The translations under genes were made by a program, and so were the position numbers. 64,000 nucleotides of DNA from Planctomycetota bacterium (GTDB lineage Bacteria > Planctomycetota > Planctomycetia > Planctomycetales > Planctomycetaceae): NCBI GenBank assembly GCA_963582345.1, contig CAUZSN010000002.1, forward strand, positions 206-64,205, read 5' to 3'. Below are positions 9,584 through 17,645 of this stretch, piece after piece. Within the stretch, counting starts at the first letter, position 1. Each line of letters starts with the position of its first letter. The notes under the pieces are model-generated. The model saw only the letters and a program-made list of their open reading frames with translations, was not told the origin of the DNA and did no database searches.

Positions 9584-9906
9584 CTGACATATCCCAGATG
9601 GTTTGCACTGAGTCCGCGACGACGGCTGTTGGAGTCGATGATATCCCTCCTTCACCTCATCGTTCCAGTACTCTATTATCTTGCAGGTTCGTCTCCGCAC
9701 AATTCTGGTGACTGACAGTACCTTGCAAAGAGCATTGGTATACACTGTCCCTACTCTATGATTCACGTGTCTCGTTCAATGACCGTTTTTTCTTAAGCGT
9801 CAGTGCCGCCGAATGCGACCGCGTTCGATCAGCAGTGAAACTTGTCGAATGCGGGACACGGTCGAACGGGTTTCTTTTTGTGTTTGGGAGATCGTTCAAT
9901 GATTCA

Positions 9907-10062
9907 GTGAGAGCCACAGATTGAAAAAAATTGCGGTTTTTGTTGAGATTTAGAATGTTGATTTCACCACGAAGCAGGCTTGCCGATGGTACTTTGATTA
10001 CTGAGCGTTTTGGTCGGCGGAGACGTCCGATTGTCAAGTTGTCGCGGCGCTTGAAGCGTTAG
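9907..10062 (+). pseudogene. NYN-domain gene relic (paralog of 16667-17161) with stops and an internal deletion
   Basis: Colinear with the 5' end of the intact NYN gene (100/123 nt identical by hand alignment). It reads KKIAVFVEI*NVDFTTKQACRWYFDY*AFWSAETSD versus KKVAIFVDVQNIYYTTKQAYQCHFDYRAFWSVATSD. There is a TGA at codon 6. About 335 nt are deleted, joining codon ~45 to the terminal ...LKR-TAG. Confidence 0.85.
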
Positions 10063-10083
10063 CGGCACATGTGGAGTGCCTTC

Positions 10084-10932
10084 ATGAAAATCGCCGGGGT
10101 CCAAATGGATGTCAGTTTGGGTGACGTGGTCGCCAACGTTGACAAGATGATCGAACGATTGCGGACGACTGACCGGGAAGGAGCTGAATTGACCGTGTTT
10201 CCCGAATGCACAGTCAGCGGATATTGTTTCAAAAGCCTTGAGGAGGCTCATCCCTTTGTCCAATCGACTTCGGCATCGGCGACGGAACGATTGAGTCATG
10301 CGTGTGCCGACCTGGGCGTATTTGCGATCTTTGGGATGTTGGAGGCGGACGGTCAGCGTACATTCAATACGGCAGTCCTGGTCGGCCCTGAAGGCGTCAT
10401 CGGGACGTATCGGAAGATCCACCTTCCATTTTTGGGGATTGACAGGCACGCAATGTATGGAGACCGCGCGTTCGCCGTTCATAACGCGGGCGACCTGCGA
10501 GTGGGCATGAATATCTGCTACGACGCAACATTTCCGGAAGCATCTCGCTCTTTGGCAATTCTGGGTGCAGATTTGATTGCGCTACCGACGAACTGGCCTG
10601 CTGGAGCCGAATGCGTCGCTGACCACGTCATCAATACACGGGCACTGGAAAACAACGTTTACTACATAGCTGTCAATCGCGTCGGCATCGAAGGCGGGTT
10701 TCAATTCATCGGACTCAGTCGCATTTGTGCTCCGAACGGTCAGACGCTGGCGTCGTCGTCGGGCATGGACGAAGAAATTATCTATGCCGAAATTGACCTC
10801 GAAGCTGCCCGCAACAAGCGCATCGCACGCGAACCGGGATGCTACGCCATCGATCGCATGGCCGATCGGCGACCGGAAATGTATAAATTGCTGACGCAGC
10901 CGCACGGATTGACGAGTCCGGGACGCGAATGA
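10084..10932 (+). CDS. carbon-nitrogen hydrolase (nitrilase superfamily amidase)
   Basis: The E-K-C triad contexts are present: LTVFPECTVSGY, GTYRKIHLPF and VGMNICYDATFPE. An alternative in-frame ATG lies at 10069. Confidence 0.9.
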   Translation: MKIAGVQMDVSLGDVVANVDKMIERLRTTDREGAELTVFPECTVSGYCFKSLEEAHPFVQSTSASATERLSHACADLGVFAIFGMLEADGQRTFNTAVLVGPEGVIGTYRKIHLPFLGIDRHAMYGDRAFAVHNAGDLRVGMNICYDATFPEASRSLAILGADLIALPTNWPAGAECVADHVINTRALENNVYYIAVNRVGIEGGFQFIGLSRICAPNGQTLASSSGMDEEIIYAEIDLEAARNKRIAREPGCYAIDRMADRRPEMYKLLTQPHGLTSPGRE

Positions 10933-11418
10933 GAACTGGAACCGTCTTAGGTGGTCCGCTAACGTTCGTTGCTGCGTCGGTAAAATGCAATTGTCGATCA
11001 ACGAACCAACATTATGCACTGAGTCGTTTGTGCTAACGGAATGAACAGACAGATCTTTGAAGGTTGGGGAGTTTCGTCAGGTTAGTGCTTGCGACTATCT
11101 TGCGCTCGTGAGTTGCGTTCGGTTTTCGTCATGATGGCAACCATATCGTTGCTGTCGACGGGAAAGTCGCACCGGTGAGAATTCTCTGATTTACAAAACC
11201 CGTAGGACCAAAATCCTGAGCCGACTATTTCGACCTGTAAAATGTGGGCTTTACAACGCCTAGCCGCAATCGCATCGCAAGCTGCAGATCAGCATCCCGG
11301 GTGGCTAAGTCGGCCGACGTGTTTGATCAGCAATGAAATCAATCCGAGTTCGGTTGCAAACGACTTTGGCCAATTCGCCGTCAGCTTTCACGGCGCACAA
11401 TACTTGTACTCTGTGCGG

Positions 11419-13107
11419 CTAACGTGATTCTGGCTCCTTCGATTCATTGGCGATGAGTCCGTGTGGGTTGTCAATCACGAGATAGTGTCCATGGTCAGCC
11501 GTGACGATTAGTAGCGATTCGTGCCAGTTACTGTTGGACTCGACCCATTCAGTAATGACGCGGACGGCCCGATCGCCGCTGAGCACAGCACCAATGCTTG
11601 TGTCGATGTTGTTGTCATGATTTGCCCAGTCTACGTCACCGGCTTCGACCATGAGCCAGAACCCCTTTGGGTTAGTCGAAAGAACATCGAGTGCCGCGCA
11701 AGTCAATTCAGCGAGCGTCGGATTCTCGCAGATGTCCGCCAGAGAGTACTCTTCAGCTTTCCCGAAACGCCCCGGTGCAGGTTGATAGTCTCCGTCGGCA
11801 GTGGCGTACGGAAGGTGCCCCTCGTATTTTCCGAGGCCGTAAAAGCCAAGCAGTCGGCAATTCCCACAAACGGCCTGCTGTGCCGCGTGGCGCAGTTCTG
11901 GCCCGCCTGGAACTCCTCGACGTCGCACAGCCACGACATAGCGACCATCGTTTATAACATCCACGGCCGTCAGATCGTTGCTTGCTAGGTAAATGTTCCC
12001 CGGAATAAAGTTTTCCCCCTGTGCCTTGTTCTCGGTCGCTTCGACACCGAATCCACCACCGAGCAGCACTTCGATACCGGCAAGCGGTTTGATGGGATGT
12101 GAGATCGAAGGCAGCCCCAGCAGATCGCGCGTAAGGTCCTGATAGTCCAAGCGCGAAACATTGTGCGCGTACGCCGCCGCTGGAGTCGCATGAGAGATTG
12201 GAACGTTGGAAACGACCCCAATCGAATAGCCCCGTGCTTGTGCTTCATGAGCAATCGTTGTCAACCGACTGCCGGCATAGTTGACGTTGATGGCACCGTT
12301 ATATGTTTTCGCTCCCGTCGTCATGCTGGTCGCTGAACTCGCTGAGTCGGCGTATGCATGGCGTAACGGTGCATCGATTGGCCGAGAGATGAGGTATTCC
12401 GGATCAGATCCAGGACTCCACGGAGTCAAGCCACCTTTGTCAGGGACATAGCCGCCTGGAATAATGCCTCCTGGATTGAGGACCGACTGCAGATTCACAT
12501 CCGACTCCGTTCCACTATTATGCGGGCTTGTCACCAGGAATCCGAACTCGGTCGTGCCTGCTGCCGTGTAGTCTTGGAAGTGCAACCCCGTTCCCCGACC
12601 AGATTCGTATTTGAGAGAACCGCTAGAAACGATGGCAGCGGCCTGTGTGGTCTGCCAGTCCATTCCGTCAAAGATGACAAGGAAGACGTGCTTTCGCCCG
12701 GCGACCAGGGCCGCACGTTGTAGAGTAGCCAAGTCCGTCTGATCGAGGTAATCCGCTGTGGCTGCAACGGTCTGCTTAGGAATTCTTCCGTAGAGTTCAC
12801 GAACCTTTTGTTGATTGCGGTAGGCACTGTCCGCGCCCGTGTAGTTTGTTAACTCGATGCCGGCGCCAGCTCTTCGAGTTCCGAACGTATAGACCGGGAT
12901 CAGCCGATTTGAATGGGTGCTCCACTGTTTGTAGTTACTTGGCTCATGACCCCAGTGAATGATTGACGAGCGTTCCAGTTGAATTGCGTGGACCTGCACA
13001 TTCCGGATGTGGTCTGCTGACTGCAGCAGGGTTGCTGGCATGACGAATATGAACAACGCAGTCCTAACCCGCGAACGCCATCGGCGAATAAAAGTAAAAC
13101 TATGCAT
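11419..13107 (-). CDS. alkaline phosphatase (PhoA family), secreted
   Basis: Contains VIFDGMDWQT, the nucleophile motif YADSASSATSMTTG, VEAGDVDWANHDNN and IVTADHGH. The start is set at ATG 13107 (MHSFTFIRRWRSRVRTALFIFVMPATLLQSA, a signal-like leader). Confidence 0.9.
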   Translation of the reverse strand: MHSFTFIRRWRSRVRTALFIFVMPATLLQSADHIRNVQVHAIQLERSSIIHWGHEPSNYKQWSTHSNRLIPVYTFGTRRAGAGIELTNYTGADSAYRNQQKVRELYGRIPKQTVAATADYLDQTDLATLQRAALVAGRKHVFLVIFDGMDWQTTQAAAIVSSGSLKYESGRGTGLHFQDYTAAGTTEFGFLVTSPHNSGTESDVNLQSVLNPGGIIPGGYVPDKGGLTPWSPGSDPEYLISRPIDAPLRHAYADSASSATSMTTGAKTYNGAINVNYAGSRLTTIAHEAQARGYSIGVVSNVPISHATPAAAYAHNVSRLDYQDLTRDLLGLPSISHPIKPLAGIEVLLGGGFGVEATENKAQGENFIPGNIYLASNDLTAVDVINDGRYVVAVRRRGVPGGPELRHAAQQAVCGNCRLLGFYGLGKYEGHLPYATADGDYQPAPGRFGKAEEYSLADICENPTLAELTCAALDVLSTNPKGFWLMVEAGDVDWANHDNNIDTSIGAVLSGDRAVRVITEWVESNSNWHESLLIVTADHGHYLVIDNPHGLIANESKEPESR

Positions 13108-13361
13108 GGATCGTCTATCGGTTTGAATCGGTACAATTGCAATGGGCGTACGTACGCAAGTGAGCCTTGAGTAGGAGCGTGTACAGCAGTTTTTCACCAG
13201 TGCCAGTCGTCAGAGTTCGCGGTGGTAGCCGCAAGTGCCTAAACTTTCAAATGACACAAGTTGTTGACTGTGAACTCGGATGGAATACTTGAGAGAGACT
13301 GGGAAAGTCGGGTTATCACACGAGGTTTCCTACACGGCATTACAACGGGGTAAGTGTACTC

Positions 13362-14033
13362 TTACACAACTGCTCGAGCGATCTCTGCTTCGATCGGATC
13401 GTGCTTTTGTTCGAGTTCGTTGAGTGCTGTCTCAATGCGCACTCGGTATTGCTCAAGACTTTCGTCTTTTCGCGGTGCGAGGGGTTTGCCAAAATAGGCG
13501 TTGATCGTCGAGAAGGGCTTGGGTATCTGCATGCGATCCCAGGTGCCGGTCAGAATCCAGCGCCGCGTAGGCACTGCAACAATGTTGATGACTACTGCGC
13601 CAGTCCTTTGCGAGAGGAGGGCGATACCCTTATTGAGTCGGTTGCGTGGTCCCCGCGGCCCATCCACAGCTAGGTAGGCTGGCGCCCCGCTCAGAACGTG
13701 CTCAATCAAAGCGCGAACCGCTGCAGATCCCCCTTTGTCGCGATCGGTCCGACAACTGGAACCGCGGATCGGGATGATTCCTAGTGCACGCAGGCCGCGG
13801 ATCAACAGCTGTCCGTCCGTGGAGCGAGACACCATTGCACCCGTGCCGGGTTCACCATCAATAATCGTAGCGACCTGATGAGCGTGCAGGGCTGAGTATA
13901 CATACGGTTGTGATTTGGCACGCAACTCACGACGAGGGTCATTGTGCAGATGGGTTCGACAGCACGCTCGAAGCAGCAGGAACACCATTGCCATTAGCCA
14001 TTCAATCACCCAATAATGAAACTTTATGATCAC
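13362..14033 (-). CDS. DUF374 domain protein (lysophospholipid-acyltransferase-like)
   Basis: The 223-aa ORF contains ...YSALHAHQVATIIDGEPGTGAMVSRSTDGQLLIRGLRALGIIPIRGSS...YLAVDGPRGPRNRLNKGIALLSQRTGA..., which matches my recollection of the DUF374 family. Confidence 0.7.
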   Translation of the reverse strand: MIIKFHYWVIEWLMAMVFLLLRACCRTHLHNDPRRELRAKSQPYVYSALHAHQVATIIDGEPGTGAMVSRSTDGQLLIRGLRALGIIPIRGSSCRTDRDKGGSAAVRALIEHVLSGAPAYLAVDGPRGPRNRLNKGIALLSQRTGAVVINIVAVPTRRWILTGTWDRMQIPKPFSTINAYFGKPLAPRKDESLEQYRVRIETALNELEQKHDPIEAEIARAVV

Positions 14034-14278
14034 TCAATCGACTCGCAAATCAAATCGACGATCCGAGTTTGTCGAATCGGCTCACCCTGAAAAGGCAAGG
14101 TAAAAAACCTTACCACACCGCACGATTTGAGAATAGAGAGATACCTCTGAACCAGTATTCCAAGGCCATGTGGGAAGAACTGGTTCAGCAAGGCAAGCTG
14201 AAGCATGCGGCTCACGGCACTTACAAACAGTTGACTTTCTAAACGGAAGTATAGTTTCTTCAAGAATCATAATTATCC

Positions 14279-14350
14279 ATGATCCTGCACGTCGACATGG
14301 ACGCCTTCTATGAGGCTTGCGAGAAATGTGTTCGCTATCGCCCACGCTGA
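14279..14350 (+). pseudogene. DNA polymerase IV (DinB/Y-family) N-terminal stub
   Basis: A 23-codon ORF, MILHVDMDAFYEACEKCVRYRPR*. The ILHVDMDAFYA motif is the invariant start of Y-family polymerases. Nothing polymerase-like follows in any frame. Confidence 0.4.
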
Positions 14351-14569
14351 AAATACGCGTTGTGATATTCATCCCACGGTTATTCATGTTTGGAATCGTG
14401 GTTGGTCCAGGCTTTTGGGAGTGAGATCTTGACTTCGGAATAGTGACTTGGCATCCTGGCTCCGTTGGTTTACGGGATCCAGTTTCATCTGCGAGCGGGC
14501 TTGACACTGCGATAAGTTTGTCGAGGCACAAAACGACTTGACCACCACACGACTCATAAATTAGCTGTG

Positions 14570-16384
14570 CTAGGCTCTTCGTCGCGTCTTGCGCTTTCGG
14601 TCCGTTTCCTTCAGCAACATCTTGCGTAGCCGGATTTGGGTGGGCGTGACCTCGACGAGTTCGTCTTCCTCAACGTACTCCAGTGCTGCCTCTAGAGAAA
14701 GCTCGCGGGGCGGTTTCAGTAGGATGTTGTCATCGCTGCCCGCCGCGCGGGTGTTTGTCAGCTTCTTTTCCTTGCTGGGATTGACGGGCATGTCGTTGTC
14801 ACGGCTGTTTTCGCCAACGATCATCCCTTCGTAGATCTCGACACCCGGAGCGATAAATAACTCGGCGCGTTGTTGTAGTCCGTTGAGCGCATAAGCGACC
14901 GCCTTGCCGTTGACCTTGGAGACAAGCACGCCATTGGCGCGACCGGGGATGTCACCATCCATCGCGCGATATTCAGAAAAGCGATGATGTGCGATCGCCG
15001 TGCCCTGTGTCGCGTTTAGCAAGCGCGTCCGTAGTCCGATCAACCCTCGGGCGGGTATCAAAAACGTTACGTGAGTATACGTGCCGCGAGTCGTCATGTG
15101 CTCTAGTGCGCCGCGTCGTTCACCAACCAACTCCATAACTGGCCCCAGCTTGCTGCTTGGTATCTCGACGACCAGTGTCTCGAACGGCTCTTCTTTGGCT
15201 CCGTCACGCTCCCGGACAATCACGTGCGGCTTGCCGACTGAGAACTCGTAGCCCTCGCGTCGCATCGTTTCGATTAAGATGGACAAATGCAGCACGCCGC
15301 GACCGGAAACCGCCATCGAATCGGTTCCTTCGATCGGGCGGACGCGTAAAGCGACGTTGCGCTCCAGTTCTTTGATCAGTCGCTCTTTGACTTGGCGTGT
15401 CGTGACATACTTGCCTTCGCGGCCCGCCAACGGAGAATTGTTGACGCTAAACACCATCTCGAGTGTCGGTTCATCCACCGTCAGTCGTGGAAGCGCTCGT
15501 GGATGCGCCGGATCACAGATCGTGTCGCTGATCTCCACGTCTTCGATCCCGACAATCCCGACGACTTCGCCCGCGGCGGCCTCATTTGTCTCGACGCGTC
15601 CGAGGTTCTTGAAGATGAATAGCTCGGCCACCTTTCCCGACGAGACTTGTCCATCTGCTTGCATCAGTGTGACGTTTTGTCCCTTATGCATCGTGCCGGA
15701 TTGAATTCGGCCAATCGCGATGCGGCCTACGTAGTCCGACCAGTCCAGCGTCGTTACCAGCAGTTGTAAAGGTTGGTCCGGCGACACTTCCGGGCCGGGG
15801 ACTTGTTCGAGGATCAGCTCCAGCAACGACTCAATCGAATCGGTTGGGATGGCAGGGTCGTGTGTCGTATAGCCATATTTGCTGCTGGCGAACAGGTAGG
15901 GTATATCATCAATATTCTGATCCACTCCCAATTCCATCAACAGTTCAAACGTTTGGTCGAGCACGACGTACGGCTGGGCATCGGCACGATCGATCTTGTT
16001 GATCACGATGATTGGCTTCAGGCCGAACTCGAGCGCTTTGGAGAGCACGAAGCGCGTCTGTGGAAGTGGGCCTTCCGCAGCGTCGACCAATAACACAGCG
16101 CCATCTGCCATGCGGATCACGCGTTCCACTTCGCCGCCAAAATCGGCGTGACCCGGCGTATCGAAAATGTTGATCTTCACCCCCCGATAAGGCAACGCAA
16201 TGTTTTTGGCGAGGATTGTGATGCCCCGCTCGCGTTCCAAATCGTTCGAGTCGAGAATGCAATTATCCTTCAACTGGTTGTCGCGGAACTGCCCGCTTTG
16301 CCTCAGCAGACAATCGACCAACGTCGTCTTACCATGGTCGACATGGGCCATAATTACGATATTGCGGATGTCATCGCGACGCAT
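14570..16384 (-). CDS. typA: translational GTPase TypA/BipA
   Basis: 604 aa with AHVDHGKTTL, DTPGHADFGGE and NKID G-motifs, and full EF-G-like domain order with the BipA C-terminal domain. Confidence 0.96.
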   Translation of the reverse strand: MRRDDIRNIVIMAHVDHGKTTLVDCLLRQSGQFRDNQLKDNCILDSNDLERERGITILAKNIALPYRGVKINIFDTPGHADFGGEVERVIRMADGAVLLVDAAEGPLPQTRFVLSKALEFGLKPIIVINKIDRADAQPYVVLDQTFELLMELGVDQNIDDIPYLFASSKYGYTTHDPAIPTDSIESLLELILEQVPGPEVSPDQPLQLLVTTLDWSDYVGRIAIGRIQSGTMHKGQNVTLMQADGQVSSGKVAELFIFKNLGRVETNEAAAGEVVGIVGIEDVEISDTICDPAHPRALPRLTVDEPTLEMVFSVNNSPLAGREGKYVTTRQVKERLIKELERNVALRVRPIEGTDSMAVSGRGVLHLSILIETMRREGYEFSVGKPHVIVRERDGAKEEPFETLVVEIPSSKLGPVMELVGERRGALEHMTTRGTYTHVTFLIPARGLIGLRTRLLNATQGTAIAHHRFSEYRAMDGDIPGRANGVLVSKVNGKAVAYALNGLQQRAELFIAPGVEIYEGMIVGENSRDNDMPVNPSKEKKLTNTRAAGSDDNILLKPPRELSLEAALEYVEEDELVEVTPTQIRLRKMLLKETDRKRKTRRRA

Positions 16385-16424
16385 TGGCGAGGTTGGATGG
16401 AGATTTCGGTTTGGCGGACTTGAT

Positions 16425-16649
16425 TGCTAACGTCTCCGCACTCCCAGTAAAATCAACGTCGGGAAGCACCAGCTAGTGGCAAGGAGGCGGATAGAAGCCG
16501 CTCATCATACCAGATTACCGCGTATTCGGGAAACACGGTTAATTTAGCTCCGTCATGGTAAGTCGTGCGCAGCCTTCGATCATCTTTTCGACGTTGCCGT
16601 CCGCGTCGCCCAAACGGGTATCCATTTGGACCCCGGAAATTTTTAAAAA
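16425..16649 (-). pseudogene. carbon-nitrogen hydrolase relic (paralog of 10084-10932)
   Basis: Reads FLKISGVQMDTRLGDADGNVEKMIE versus FMKIAGVQMDVSLGDVVANVDKMIE (17/25 identical). The ATG is replaced by TTA. A 1-nt deletion shifts the frame before (A)KLTVFPEY. The similarity fades about 40 nt before the typA start. Confidence 0.85.
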
Positions 16650-16666
16650 GGGACTTCCTTGTGGCG

Positions 16667-17161
16667 CTAACGCTTCAACAACAACGGTTGGTCGATTGGA
16701 ACGAATTTCTTTGTGGCTGCGACTAACGAAGTCGCTGTAAGTGACGGAACGCCAAACACTTCAGTGTCTACCCGGTAATTCTTGTGAACTCGTTCCAATG
16801 CCAGATCAAAATCTCCGTCGCCCGAGGCAAGCACGACCACATCGACTGCGGGCGCCATTTCAATTATGTCTAACGTGATACCAACGTCCCAATCACCTTT
16901 CGTAGAACCGTCACTACGTTGAATATACGGCTTGAGTTTAACGTCAAATCCAATGTCCTTTAGGATTTGCTGAAACTGAATTTGCTTTTCGTTACCTCGG
17001 TCGATCGCATACGCAAACGCCGCGACAACTTGGCGATCGGACGTCGCTACCGACCAAAACGCTCGGTAATCAAAGTGACATTGGTAAGCCTGTTTCGTAG
17101 TGTAATAAATGTTCTGAACATCGACAAATATCGCAACTTTTTTCACTTTAACTGCTCTCAC
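16667..17161 (-). CDS. NYN-domain (LabA/DUF88-like) predicted ribonuclease
   Basis: 164 aa with a GTG start. Contains VAIFVDVQNIYY and VVVLASGDGDF, the acidic NYN/PIN-like motifs. Confidence 0.8.
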   Translation of the reverse strand: MRAVKVKKVAIFVDVQNIYYTTKQAYQCHFDYRAFWSVATSDRQVVAAFAYAIDRGNEKQIQFQQILKDIGFDVKLKPYIQRSDGSTKGDWDVGITLDIIEMAPAVDVVVLASGDGDFDLALERVHKNYRVDTEVFGVPSLTATSLVAATKKFVPIDQPLLLKR

Positions 17162-17305
17162 TGCTGCTTGAACGATTTCACAAACATCAATGGTAATCCC
17201 CTCGACAGGGTCCTATCCTTTCTCAACACGCTCATTTGCCATCGTAGTGGCGCTAATCGCGTGCGGCTACACTGGACCCGAGTAGCTACTCGGTGCAACA
17301 ACGTG

Positions 17306-17530
17306 CTACAAGCGGTGGCAATCTGCTCGTGCTGCAACATCTCCGCGATAGATATATCCGATTCCAGTGAAACGTTCGATGACGGACGGACTTACATCCC
17401 GTGTTCGCACGGCTACGGCAATGTCCAATATAGGCTTGGTCGGCAGAAAGCCGTCGAAGGGGTTCGTCAGAGTCCTAGGAATCGGTTTCAGCCAAGCTTC
17501 AAGCTCATCGGCATCTTGAACTTTGATAAG
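17306..17530 (-). pseudogene. possible GrpB-family (nucleotidyltransferase-fold) relic
   Basis: An open frame without a start codon, ...FDGFLPTKPILDIAVAVRTRDVSPSVIERFTGIGYIYRGD..., resembles the GrpB core AKPIIDIxVxV...GYxYRGE. Neighbouring pieces lie in other frames (FTSKLRALHVEDTLWVV*). Confidence 0.3.
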
Positions 17531-17645
17531 TTATACCACCCACAGTGTGTCTTCAACGTGCAAGGCTCTCAACTTGCTGGTGAATTCAACACCAATTCAG
17601 CGAGATAATCGTCCACTCAAGAGTTACTAGATTTGTACGGTCACG

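Noticed and set aside
11090-11290. Minus-strand open frame ...CKAHILQVEIVGSGFWSYGFCKSENSHRCDFPVDSNDMVAIM... in the CN-hydrolase/phoA spacer (possible YHS/zinc-domain relic)
   Set aside because: The frame has no start codon, and the resemblance to YHS-type FCSxxC motifs is too loose to call.
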